A model generated the notes under the pieces. That model did not search any database and was not told the origin of the DNA. It saw only the letters and a list, made by a program, of their open reading frames with translations. From Eledone cirrhosa (taxonomy: Eukaryota), in NCBI GenBank assembly GCA_964016885.1, contig OZ024755.1, positions 21,390,001 to 21,454,000 of the forward strand: a stretch of DNA of 64,000 bases. Reading direction: 5' to 3'. Below are positions 45,301 through 57,468 of this stretch, in pieces (position 1 is the first letter of the stretch; each line of letters starts with the position of its first letter). A program made the position numbers and the translations under genes.

Positions 45301-48300
45301 CGCTGACTTCAAAAAGGTAAACAACTAACTTTCTTTCATCGTGAAATCACTAGCCAACATGTAACACAACAATTTAACGACGGGCTGGCAACATCTCCGC
45401 CAGTAGACCGTGCCTCCTGAATTCCTTTAATTCATTGTTTTATCTCTTTTGGCATGCCAGCTATTCTGCTCTACATAACTCAACCTTGTTAAATAAATAT
45501 TGTACATACAAACTCAGTCTCCCTGTTACAGGTCCTCTTTAGCACAGCATCTTTCCATTTGTCACAGTCCTTTGTCATCTCCTCTGTGAGGTCAGCTCTC
45601 ACCACCTCTGCCCATGTTTTTTGTGGTCTTCCTCTACTGCGTCTTCCTTCCACCAGAATTTCTTGGCACTTCTTCAGCCAGCAGTCATCTTCCATGTGTA
45701 TCACATGGCCATACCAACAGTTTTCTCTCCTGCACACTACAGTTTATTCCTCTTATACACAGTTTCACTCTCAACTCGTCCATACTCGGTTGTTCACTCA
45801 CATTGACATTGCACATCCATCAGAGCACGCTTGCTTCATTTCTCTCCAGCCTTCGCATCTCTTCTGCAGTTGCTGCCTATGTCTCACTACCATGCAGCAC
45901 CGCACATCTCACACATCATACAACTGACCTTTCCATGCAGTTAATATTTAGCAGATTTGAAAAAAATAATTTTGTATTTTTTTTTTATTGGTGCAAAATA
46001 AAGTAACTAATATACAGAGTATATTTCTATTGAAGGAATATTTCAAGGTAATAAAAGGTTCTATCTTTTTGTGTGATATTAAGAGGGAGCTGCAACAATT
46101 ATCTTTGACTAAGTATAAAGCTCATTCTTGTGGAAGAGTGGAGTATAGACGATTGAATAAACTCTGGCATATTTCAAGTAATTATATTAAACTTATGAGA
46201 AATAAAAGGTAAAATTAATATTGGTAGGATTTGAACTCAGAACATTGAAGATACAGAACTAAACTAAATATTGTATCTAGTTCACTTTTAACCCTTTAGT
46301 AACCAACCCAGCCAAAACCGGCTCTGGTTCTATGAAATAAAGCCACCCATTTTAAAGGTTTTCAATTTAAATATAAATCTTTCGGCATAATTTTATATAA
46401 GAGCCTTACAGTAAGTTACTATCTTAGTAATGAAATAATTAATAATTTTGTTAAATCCATCAAAATTCTAATTAATTAAAATAAGAGTGTATTTTATTAG
46501 AAATCAGGTCATGAAAAGGTTAACTGATCTCTGTCATCCTACACTGAACAAATAATAAAGTGATTTACCTGTGAAAACCATCTTTATTGAGTGAAACAGA
46601 AATAGAACATTTAGTATTGGCATAGACTGTCAGGATCTGGATTAAGCCTATAAATACAAGGAGGGAAGACCTGAAAAATAAATGTAAAATAATACAGAAC
46701 TATAAACCATAGAAGGGGTCACTAGATTGTAATTATCAATGTCCTGTGGTGGATTAGTAAGGTATTCTTGAAAAGTAGAAAATAGCACTATAACGATATC
46801 AGGTGTGGGAGCAAGTTGATAGAATGTGGATCAGAGAGAGATCCCTTAGCACATGCAATGATGGTGCAATTTGAGAGGAAGTCACCAATCAAAGACAAAG
46901 AAATGGTTGAAGCCCCAAATATTGCAGTTTTACCAGGGGCTTTGTATGTCAGTTGAATGGTTTGCTGATGTTAAATGAGACAACACTGCATTCATAAAAA
47001 TTTGGCAAGAGCTCACTGGTGTAAGTCTAGATCTGACTTTACAAAAGTTGTACTGGTTGTCATTGAGGTGAGAGAGAGTGGGAGGAATTCAAGGAGCAGA
47101 AGATTATATACCCAACTTACTCTAGGAGATATCAGTGCTGGTTCCACAATAAATAGCACCCAATCCACCCTTCAAGGTGGAGGTGCTGGCGCCATGACAA
47201 AAACACTCAACTCTGTAAAGTCGTATTGGTGTCACTAATGTTAACTTTTCTTTTAGGGTAGAAAGGGCTCTTTAATTGAGTCAATGACTGACAACCTCGC
47301 TAGTGCTGGTCCTCGATAAAATGTACCCAATATATACTGTAAGGTAGTTAGTGAAAGGAAGGGCATCCAATAGTAAAAACCATATGAAACAAAAGGTTGT
47401 GAGGGATCTTTCATTGTGTCAAGGGCACAACAACCTCTTTAGTGTTGGTGATATAAAATGCACCCAGTACCTTCTGTAAAGTGGTTGAGGAAGGGTATCT
47501 AGCCACAGAAATGTTGCCAAACAAAGAGAGAACACTTCAGTTGTGTCTTGGACATTACATCTCTAGTGCTGGTTCCACAGAAATCATACCGCACTTTGTA
47601 GAGTGTGAGATGAGGCCCCAGCCCATCTGAAAGATCAGCGGATATGATTGAGTACTGACTTGATCTGTGACAACCTGTCCAACCCTTGTTAGCAGGGAAA
47701 ACGAACGTTAAATGATGAGGAGGAGGATGACGATGATTTATATCCATTTCCCGTACTTGCCTGGGTGACTGTTTATAATGTATACCCTTCCTACTGTTAA
47801 ACACTCAGTCATGATGTACGAGTGAAACCTGTTATTCTCAGTCAAGCAAGCAGTAAACCTCAGCTTAGCCATGACTGGACAGATCTATGATCAGATGCGT
47901 TCCACACATGACTATCTCGTTCTTTCTTTGGCCATTGCATATCTACGACTGCAATACCCAGTGTATCCTTCTCCTATTCAAGATTGTAGGACTTAAGCTG
48001 TTGTGCCTCACATCACTAGTACTAAGAAATATAGTAGTTGATGGGAAGAGGTGGCACAAATCTCTTTACAGAGCAGGAATAACAAACTATCCAGAAGAGC
48101 AGACAATACTGTATAAACGATACAATGAACAAAGTAAGTTCGTGTCGTAAACATTGAATGAAAGCTTTTATTTGATCAGATTTTTATTTTTATTTTTATT
48201 TTTACGTGCATCATCCTTGTGTGGTGGGTCGACGAATTAAATAGATAAGATGCTTGTTATAGAAGATTAAAAACAACAATTGGCATTGTTAAAGAAAGGG

Positions 48301-48886
48301 AATATCTCCTCTTGAGAAGTGACAAAATGCATGTTAAAAATAAGCAGCAGTTAGAATAATCAGTTGGAATTAAATTAAAGTTTGCGAACCCATTTTCGCT
48401 GTAACAATATTAGTTGACATTAAAGGCTATGTTCTTCCAAGTCAAACAAATATTACACTTCTTCCGTGTCATCATATATATATATACATACACATATATA
48501 TTACTGTAATTAATTCTGTCTGCGGGGAGCGGCCGAGGTACCACCTCATCTGGAGTACAGTATCTGTCCCCCACCCTTTCTTTCATTGCTTGATTCCTTT
48601 TCTTCTTCTTTTTTGTTCCCTTTAACAGTGTTGTGTTTTGTTTTTGTATAAACAGCTCTGTAAACCTTTTGCTTATTTACCATTTGACAACGAAGAAGAG
48701 ACAAGCGATAACTCAACTCCACTCTTTTTCTCTTGTTTACATTCCTCCGAAGACCTGCTGTGCATCTATCTTGGGAGTTTTTTCTTTTACAACGATTTAA
48801 AAAAAAAAAACCCCATAAAAGTTACAAAATAACAAAACTTACTTAATATCAACTTTATACAGCGTAAACAATCCAAATAACGACAT
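40225..48886 (-). CDS. PIGX: GPI-mannosyltransferase I subunit PIG-X (PBN1 family), complete 6-exon gene, 245 aa
   Basis: Minus-strand exons 48886-48843, 46670-46569, 44967-44832, 43820-43604, 41423-41338, 40377-40225. GT-AG, phases 2,2,0,1,0. Hydrophobic N-terminus; motifs [44 protein letters not shown] followed by a C-terminal TM segment, as in PIG-X. Confidence 0.92.
40960..41265 (+). mobile_element. tRNA-derived SINE, second family (partial copies about 870-980, 1280-1485, 31450-31560)
   Basis: A/B boxes, then CTCAGCCACTTGCAC body shared between copies. Confidence 0.8.
41338..41423 (-). CDS. PIGX: PIGX exon 5
   Basis: [29 protein letters not shown]. Confidence 0.85.
42540..42790 (-). 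mobile_element. LINE (RTE-like) C-terminal fragment
   Basis: [13 protein letters not shown]...[18 protein letters not shown]. Confidence 0.7.
42827..43001 (+). pseudogene. PPTC7: Orphan frameshifted exon of protein phosphatase PTC7 homolog inside PIGX intron 4 (antisense to PIGX)
   Basis: [31 protein letters not shown] / [26 protein letters not shown]; short deletion shifts the frame; donor AG|gtgagt retained. Confidence 0.88.
43050..43352 (+). mobile_element. RTE LINE 3' end
   Basis: Homologous to 20054-20412 and to the reverse complement of 44317-44640. Confidence 0.85.
43604..43820 (-). CDS. PIGX: PIGX exon 4
   Basis: [16 protein letters not shown]...[13 protein letters not shown]...LFIDCL. 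Confidence 0.92.
44317..44765 (-). mobile_element. RTE LINE 3' end (ORF C-terminus, 3' UTR, (GAT)n)
   Basis: [19 protein letters not shown]...DRDLW, then the shared RTE 3' UTR. Confidence 0.88.
44832..44967 (-). CDS. PIGX: PIGX exon 3
   Basis: [45 protein letters not shown]. Confidence 0.9.
45080..45935 (-). mobile_element. RTE LINE 3' fragment split by the solo LTR
   Basis: [17 protein letters not shown]...[16 protein letters not shown]; tail continues across the LTR. Confidence 0.85.
45128..45530 (+). mobile_element. Solo LTR (403 bp, Ty3/gypsy-like 4-bp TSD) nested in an RTE fragment
   Basis: TGTAG...TTACA termini; GGTC duplicated on both sides; internal CTATAAAG and AATAAA. Confidence 0.85.
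46569..46670 (-). CDS. PIGX: PIGX exon 2
   Basis: [33 protein letters not shown]. Confidence 0.9.
48843..48886 (-). CDS. PIGX: PIGX exon 1
   Basis: ATG TCG TTA TTT...ATT AA|gtaagt ([15 protein letters not shown]); phase fits the next exon. Confidence 0.75.
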
Positions 48887-49503
48887 ATTACTTAGGAATC
48901 GGCGTTTCTAATATTCTAACTTTACACGTGTTTATGTTTGGTAGTTATTAGTTATTCATATGTGAAGTTTCGCAGAAGAATTTATGAAAATTGAAAGTGA
49001 TGAAGAAGGAACAATGTTAGATTATATTTTCAGCTAAAATAATATATAAACATATAGATAAACAAAACATAACAGAAGAATGTTTTACATTTTAAATTAA
49101 CAAGGAAACACACGACGACTGATTGAAAGATTGGTTAAACCTTCAGACAGAAATGTCTTGCGGAATTCAATTGTAACCTTTTATATTCTTAAATTCAAAT
49201 ACCGCCAATGTCAACAGTCGTTAAATACCGAGGATCTATTGAGTATTCCTATAAAACATCACCAAGCAGAGTTAAATGGAATTATTAATTAAAAAACTGA
49301 GTGAAACGAAGTAAGAAGCTATTTTCTAAAGGGAGACAACCCCAATGTGAAATCTCGCTTAATTTACAAAATGGCAGATATTATCCGGTGTTAGTGGCTG
49401 CTGTTATTTTTATGGGTGTTGTCCTTTCTATACTGGTGGCACAGACCATACAAGTTGTATAATACTAGCCTTTTATGAGTGGAACATCCTGAGGGACGAC
49501 AAT
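48887..49503. promoter_or_regulatory. Putative bidirectional promoter shared by PIGX and CHMP6
   Basis: Divergent ATGs 617 bp apart; YY1-like AAAATGGC at 49368-49375; E-box CACGTG at 48925-48930. Confidence 0.6.
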
Positions 49504-52500
49504 ATGGGGGGCCTTTTCACTAAGAAGAAACATGATACGAGAATCACCGACCAAGATCAAGCAGTATTAGTAAGTGATTGATAATTTTGGGGGAGGTTTA
49601 AATGTGCTGGTGTATTTCCTTTTTACAGTTTCCCAGATGTATGGCGTTATATATATATATAAAACATGTGTACTAGAAACTTATATATATATATAAGTTT
49701 CTAGTACACATGTTTTAGAAAATATGACAGTGTGATATGTCAAAGCTATGTTAGTTTGTCACTTATATTTATTCAATTAAACGTTTCACAATCTCCATTC
49801 GTGTTTTGAAAAGAAAACCTTATTTTGTTTCTTAACATATGAACTTATAGAGACACAGGAATGAGAAATTTGGTTATTTTTGTCTTGATTCGTCGATTAA
49901 TTGAATTTACCATAATTTCTTGTCTAACTTCCGAGTCTAAGTAGTCGTCCGACCTACTAGAAATAACTGGCAAAATCTCCCTCAAACAAATTGAAAAGAC
50001 GGTAGACGGTATGGTTATATTCAGAATCCTTTTGATAATAGGTGCGCTTGAGCACACATACCTGTAATTAAATGCATTCCAGTCGTGACTATCCCCTCTT
50101 CCTGTGTACTGGGAACCCAGAACTTTTATCATCTAACATCTTTTTCTTTTTTGAGAGAGTGTCGTTCAAAGTGTATGATTTGTGGTGTATATTATGAATG
50201 TATTGTCCCGTAACTCGCGAGGAAGTCGTATTAGCATTCGGCGTTTTGGAGGCATTTAAAACCTGGCAGAGTCCATTCCTCTCTCCAGATCTGGTGGTGT
50301 GTATTAATTCGACATATTTTTAACCGTAAAATTTATATCATTCAAATGAGGTTGTTAAACATTGGAAGCCTAATTAATGACACTAATTATAAGATGAGGG
50401 GTTACCTTCGTGCAGTAAATATGTGCAACTATCAGCTTTTGTGGCCTTCTTAGACGGGTTGTCATCATAATTACAGTTTAGTGCCCCATCCCCTCCTCCC
50501 TGAACTTTAGCGCTCCATTATTTTATTATGAAATCTTGCAGATGTACATTACGAATATATTTATGAAATTTTAAAGTCAATTTCGTTCCGTCTCAATTCA
50601 TAGTCAGACAAATGATATTACGTTCCTGTAGAAAATCTATAACCCTATATTGATTAGTATTATCAATATGAAATTGGAAGGCATGGTGAAAAAATATTTC
50701 TGTGATTGCGTTTATTCTATTATAAAATTAATTATTGCTAGGAACTTCACAAATACAAAGCACAATGCCTACAGAAAGGAAGCACAAACAAATATAATAC
50801 AAAGGAAAGGGAAAACAAAACGAAAGAGAAAAGAAAAAAAAACAAGCGGGTAGCACACACATTTAGGACCACATACAACAAAAGGCAGGCGAAAGGGGTG
50901 GACAATCGAGCCACTACCAGAGCAAGAGATAACAGTATTGCGAGGGGCAGTGGGAAACCTCGTTAATAATTTTTGAGGCAAGCCAGCATCCTCTCGGTGT
51001 TACCTTGAGTGATGGCGAGGCTGATGTGCTGGAACAACCAAGTACCCTCACTAGGCGGCTTGCCTAACAGAGGTAACTGGTGAAGCTCGTGAGGGGTTTA
51101 GATTCAAAAGGGTTCAAAGTTTAATATCAACAGCATTAGTCTCGTCATTCTGTTAGAGGCATTCTCCACTAATATTTGTTGTAATATAGGATATTGATAG
51201 CAATGTTGAAAAGGTTTTTAATAAGCTCTATATATCTTTTACAGCAATTGAAGGTTCAGCGTGACAAACTGAAACAGTACAGTAAGAAACTTGAAGCAAA
51301 TTTAGTGAGAGAAAGAGAAGCTGCTAGAGCTCTTCTGAAAAATGGCCGCCGAGAGTAAGTATATATAATTGTTGTATGAAGATATGACAATAACTGCAGC
51401 ATAGATAGATCTGGGAATAGTTGCATCATATGCACAAATGACAGTAGCTGTGTCATATGTGGATATGACAGAAGCTGTATCATATGTAGATATAGGAGTA
51501 GCTGAGTCATATGTAGGTATTACAATAGCTGCCTCATATGTAGATATGACAGTAGCTGCCTCATATGTAGATATGACAGTAGCTGCTTCATATGTAGATA
51601 TGACAGTAGCTGCCTCATATGTGGATATGACAGAAGCTGTATCGTATGTAGATATAGGAGTAGCTGAGTCATATGTAGATATGACAGTAGCTGCCTCATA
51701 TGTAGATATGACAGTAGCTGCCTCATATGTAGATATGACAGTACATAATGCAAGGCTTTGTAGATTTTTAAGTGATGTAATTAACTTTAATTATTTTAAT
51801 ATTTTAGGAGAGTTAAACTTCTTTTAAGAAAGAAGAAATTCCAGGAAGGATTAATCCAGAAAACAGAAAATCAATTGGAAACATTGGAAAGGATGGTAAG
51901 TTCTATCATTATTTTTGGGGGGTCTATTTTTCCCTGGTGAGTAAATTAACTTTGAGAGAGTATTTGTACCATTATGTGAAATGAGGCCAACATTTTACGT
52001 TTAATGTTCAGTAATGTGCCTCTCTGAGGTCTGTACCCTATGTAACTGCCTAGTTGGCCTTAATAGTAGCACTGGCTGTGTATAAAACTGTTATCCTTTA
52101 AGGTTCAGTAATGTGTCTCTGGGATTTGCGCCCTAGGTAGCTGCCTAGTTGGTCTTAATGGTAGCACCAACGCTATATGACATTGTGATCCTTTAAGTTT
52201 TAGTAATGTGCCTCTCTGAGGTCTGTGTCCTAGGTAGCTGCCTAATCGGCTTTAATGGTAGCACCAGTCTTGATAGCAGCAATAATGTTTCACCTTTCCC
52301 ACAAAAATTACTGTAAAAGGAAAAAAAATGGATGAATTCTTGTAGTAAACTTCTAGATTTTACTGTTTGAATTGACCCTGGCCTAAACTAGCAGATGCAT
52401 GTTGTTATCTGCTTTGGTTTCTCTGCCATTCTTCCTCAGCCATGAGCCAACACTATGATTTCTTTGATGTGATTAAAGAAAAAATATTATATGCTGTTTC

Positions 52501-55500
52501 ATCAAAGAAAATCTAAGACTGACAATTCTGAATTAAATCATGTTTTGTTTCATCACATGTCTGGTTATTTAAGTCATCTCTAAATTTAAAATTACAATCA
52601 ATTTTATGGGCAAAACCAACAGGTAGGAGACCCAGGCGTAGACCCCAAGCAAGATGGTTGGATAACATCCATGAGCTTGGCTGGTCATGCTTGGGGATCC
52701 ACCTGGATCAGTTGGAGATGGTTGCTTCTTACAGGAACCGCTGGAGGAAGTATTTGAGGACTCTTTCGCCAACAACCCTCCCAGGAATAGGTGGGCAAAG
52801 AAGAAGAATCAATTTTTTTTCTCTATTATTTCAGGTCCATGATATTGAGTTTGCACAGATTGAAGCCAATGTTTTACAGAGTCTGAAGGAAGGAAATGAC
52901 TCTCTGAAGAAAATGCATGAGGTAAGATTATTTTGTCAATATTATGGCTGTGTTTATGTGCAGATACAGCTTTGTCTGTGTGCCGGTTTATGTGCAAGTA
53001 TATACTGTGTTTACGTGCAGGTGTATGCTATGTTTATGTACAGAGCCGGCTGTGTTTGTGTGCAGGTATATGCTGTGTATATGTGCAGGCATGGCTGGCT
53101 GTATTTAGGTGTAGATATAAAGTGTTCACTTTGCAACCACCTGGTTCTCAGTTTAGTCTTGCTACAAGACACCTTGGACAAGTATCTTCAACTAAAGCCC
53201 TCAATTGATCTATGACTTGTGAATGGAATTTAGTAAACGGAAACTGCAGAAGCCCAGTGTATATATGTGTGTCCCCCCATGTTTATGCTTACATTTGAAT
53301 CATTAAAACTATGCAGCCCACCCAGTCTGTAAAGTAGTGGTGTTGGTGCCAAAATAAAATGTACCCATTAAATGGTAAAGTCCCCCTTTGGTCATATATG
53401 ACCACGAGATTTGTGCTTAGAGTATTCCCTCTCTGAACCATAAGTCTAGACAAGGTTGTTTATGGAAGACCAGCAGTCACCTATGCATACTAGTCTTCTC
53501 TCTCCACACCACCAATGTTGTCCTAGGGAAAGGAAATAGCTGAGTAAATTAGAGCAATGCGAAATAAAGTGTCTTGCTCAAGGACACAATGTATCACCAG
53601 GTTTGAGAATCAAACTCACAACTTCATGATTGTGAACCCAATGCTCTAACCATTACCGCCTTGCACCCATTGTACACTGTAGAGTGGTTGGCATTAGAAA
53701 GGGCATCCAGCCATAGAAACCATGCCAAACTAAAACATATGAGCAGGATGTAGTCATTTGACCTATCTAATTTCAGAGTATGACAACCCATCCATCCCAT
53801 GCCATTGTGGAAAACGGGTATAAAACGACAGCTGTGGAATTAGGGTTTCTAAGTTACCCCTGGGTGGTACTCAACATACACACCGGGGAATTTTATTGTT
53901 ATTTTGTTGGATTGGCAGCATTGGTAGAGCGTCAGAGACCATGCTTTGTGACACAGAGTTACGGCCCTTTGCGTTCTGGGTTTGAATCCTGCTGAGGTCA
54001 GCTTTGCCTTTCATCCTTACGGGGTCAATAAAATAAAGCACCAGTAATGCACTGGGGTCGATTTAATCGACTTTCCCCTTCCCTTCAAATTGTTTGTCCA
54101 TGTGCCTAAATCAGAAACCATTATTATTTTATTTTACAGTTAATGTCTCTTGAAGATGTGGAGAAGATAATGGATGAAACTGCAGAAGGCATAAGATACC
54201 AACAGGTTGGTTCCATTTCATTATTAACATCAGATCAAACGTAATGAATAATTTTGGTATAATTTTTTGAAACAATGCTTTATTTTTAACCTTTTCATTA
54301 CCAAATTGGAAGACACTGCTTAAGATTTTAAAATAATTTTGAAAATAATCAAGAATTCTGTGATATTTAATAAGATAACTAACTTTCTCATTATTAAGCT
54401 GGTGTTTGGAACATAATTTAACAAAGGTTCTAACATAAAATTATGTTGGAAGGTTTTTAGATAAATACAAATATTTCAAATGAAACAGTTTTGAATCATA
54501 GAAGCATGAGTGGTATCAAAAGAGTTAATGTAACATAAAAATTGTTGATGGTCTTACATTTCAGGAAATTGATAGTGTGTTGGCTGGTGGCTTGACAGAT
54601 GAGGATGAAGAAGATGTCCTTGCTGAACTGGATGCACTTATTGAGGTAAGCACTATCTTTCTATATGAGGGCTAACGGAGTTTGCTAATCCCCTTTAAAG
54701 TAGGCCCCTTGTGCTTCCACATATTTAAGGAACGTATCAGTAAAATGTGGTCCTCCTGACCCAAGTAGGCCTCTTGTGCCTTGACATATTTTAGGAACAT
54801 ATGAGTAAGATGTGGTTCTCCTGACCCATCTCATCTCAGACTATGTTGACTCTATCCAACTCATCCAAAGCTTGGAAAGTGGACGTAAGATGAAGATGAG
54901 ATATAATCAACCATTTAACCAAATAAGAATCAGTCCTACCATTTTAGAATTAACTCTCATGAACCCAGTAGTTTAAAAGTTAAATAATAACAAACCTGTA
55001 ATTTCCAACTATTTCAGAAACTAAATATACAATAAACATTTTGTTTTACAGGCAGGTAAAGAACCTTCAAAGGAAGAAAAGGTGTCTGAGGATATTGAAT
55101 TGCCAGATGTACCTGTGGATATTGAATTGCCAGATGTACCGGAATATAAGCCACAAGGTAGAGATAACACAAGTGCTTCCTTGTTCTTCATTTAAACATA
55201 TTTCTGATGGCTTTTAGGAACATAATCCTGCTTTTTTGTTCTAGATTAGCAGAATTTTCATATTTTGAAATCAAAGAGTTTGTGTGTGTGCACATGCATG
55301 CGTGCATGTGCCTCTGTGTGCACGCGTGTGCCTCTGTGCACACGCATGCATGTGCCTCTGTGTGTGCGTGTGTGTGTGTATATATGTATATACACATTAA
55401 CACATATATAATAATAAACTTGGGAAAATTATCAAAGAGAAGACAATGAACAAAAATAATTTTTTTGAAGAGGAAACCTTAGAAAAGTTTTTTTTAAATA

Positions 55501-56762
55501 AAAATACTAAAGACAGAACTCCAAGGTCCTCAGCCATTGAGAGACTTCTGGCAGTTTCAACCCCTACCATTATAGGCTTATTATTGCCTGACTGCTAAGC
55601 TTAAACCATTTAGAAACGATTTAAGTTTAGCCATTGGGTAAAAACTCCTTATAATAATATCTACACTATACTTTCCTAAAGTATAGAGTATTAAGTATTG
55701 ATTTCAGTAACAGTCTTATTGATCTTAACCAGTAACATCTCATGGTTTTGCAATGTTAATATGCGTGAAAGGCAAAGCATTGATGAGCTAAGAGAGAGGT
55801 CGGATATAAAAAGAATTAGATGTGGTGTGCAAGAAAGAAGACTGTGCTGGTATGGTCTTGTGATATGTTAAGAAAATGAGCATTGGGTGAAGAAGTGCCA
55901 AGAAATCCCAGTGGAAGAGAGTTGTGGTAGAGGGGGATCAAGGAAGACCTGGGCAAAGATCGTCAGAGCTGATCTCAGATCACTGAATCTCTCAGAAGAG
56001 GTGACGAAGGACTGAGATGATTTGAGAGTTTCTGTGCTGGAAAGAACCTATCCAACTCATGCAAGCATTGAAAAGCAGTTGTAAAACGTTGATGATATAT
56101 ATATATATCATCATCATCATCATCATCATCGTTTAACGTCCATCTTCCACGCTAGCATGGTTATATATATATGTGGCGTGAGGAAGAGCATCCAGCTGTA
56201 GAAATCTAGCCAGAAACAGTCCTATATGAGCAAGACATGGTCACCCAACCCTACTTGCCTGCAATGGGACAAACTCGTCCAACCCATGTTAGCGTGGAAA
56301 ATAGACGTTAAATGATGATGATGATGGTTGTGTGTGTAAATTATCATTAAGACCATACTATGATGAAGACATAACAGGAACACGTTTCATTGGATAGATC
56401 AATGTTATATCTTCATTGTAGAACTGGTCTTAATGGGAATATTTTAAAACTCCCCTGCAGAATTGAGTTGCCTTATGCCTTGGTTTAGTAGTAATAACTC
56501 TACCAAGTTTTACTATATATATATTATATAGGTGCTACTTCTAACTTATTTAAGGAATGAGTAAAAACTATAATTATTAAACGTGATACAGTCATAAGTG
56601 ATGTTATATACCTTTCAAAAATGTCTGGCTAATGTGCTTTCATGTGGTACAGGACGTTAAGAGTTAAACATGTTTGTTATATTTGTGTGTTTGTTTTTCG
56701 TCTTAGATGAAATTGCTGAAAGGGAAAGCAGAACAGCAGAGCCTGCAATGGTTGCGTCATGA
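49504..56762 (+). CDS. CHMP6: Charged multivesicular body protein 6 (ESCRT-III, VPS20), complete 8-exon gene, 219 aa
   Basis: Exons 49504-49569, 51245-51354, 51808-51895, 52835-52921, 54140-54205, 54565-54645, 55052-55157, 56707-56762. MGGLF myristoylation-type N-terminus, RITDQDQAVLQLKVQRDKLKQY, DIEFAQIE, EDVEKIMDET, LTDEDEEDVLAEL, IELPDVP, ends MVAS. Confidence 0.95.
49660..49717. repeat. 58-bp perfect palindrome in CHMP6 intron 1
   Basis: TAAAACATGTGTACTAGAAACTTATATATATATATAAGTTTCTAGTACACATGTTTTA equals its own reverse complement. Confidence 0.95.
51425..51743. repeat. 27-bp minisatellite in CHMP6 intron 2
   Basis: ATATGTAGATATGACAGTAGCTGCCTC x about 12; variant block recurs at 162 bp. 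Confidence 0.93.
52005..52270. repeat. About 96-bp diverged tandem repeat x3 in CHMP6 intron 3
   Basis: TTCAGTAATGTGCCTCTCTGAGGTCTG...CTGCCTAGTTGG recurs three times. Confidence 0.8.
52605..52808 (+). mobile_element. Rex3/Expander-like RTE 3' fragment (second copy about 63660-63985)
   Basis: PTGRRPRRRPQARWLDNIHELGWSCLGIHLDQLEMVA...W; near-identical block at 63780-63985. Confidence 0.75.
55740..56095 (+). mobile_element. Degenerate RTE 3' fragment (similar pieces at 37150-37440 and 19420-19630)
   Basis: Remnant RRLCWYG...WVKKC...GRGGSRKTW frame, then GAT tail. Confidence 0.7.
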
Positions 56763-56806
56763 TGTCTCCCAGTTAAAGAAATGGAACAACAATGAACATT
56801 TAAATA

Positions 56807-56852
<46 letters not shown>

Positions 56853-57468
56853 TACAAAGAATATGAATGAAAAACTACAAAGAATATGAATGAAAAACTA
56901 AAAAAAGAAAAGATAGAAACGAAGAAATATATTGTGTATTCATCGCTCAACTGGATTCCTTCGTTGCTGTCATTGGTAAGAAGAAGGATTTATATATGTT
57001 ATTGTTGCCAACTTTAATTTGATCGATCAATCACTGCAATGACTGTGAACTGTGAACTAATGGCAGAGGAAGGCCAAGAAAATAATAACTTTTTGGGAAA
57101 TTTCAAGGAAATGGTTAACTTAAAAGAAAAACAAAAAAAAAAAAAATAGCGACAAAACTAAATAGAAACTCCCCCCTCCCCCCAAAAAACTAAAGTCCGT
57201 TATGATATCCTTCTTAACTCTGTTTAACAGTTTTAATTATTTTTGTGATGTATAAGATTTATTAATAATAATAATGGTTTCATTTACATCATATAATTGC
57301 ATTATATGATAACTAAAATAATAATGATGATGATGATAATAATAATAATAATAATGCAGTTCTACTTAATTGCATATCATCATTGATTGAGATTCTCATG
57401 CAGTTAACCAAATTTGCATAATTGATGAGTTTTCGACATGACCAATATTAGTGTGGTGACTTTGTGAT

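Noticed and set aside
50975-51110. Structured GC-rich segment (GGCAAGCC/GGCTTGCC) as a twister or HDV ribozyme
   Set aside because: Conserved catalytic motifs could not be placed; probably a retroelement UTR fragment.
51438-51827. 129-aa repeat ORF running into CHMP6 exon 3
   Set aside because: Translation of a 27-bp intronic minisatellite; it reads exon 3 in the wrong frame.
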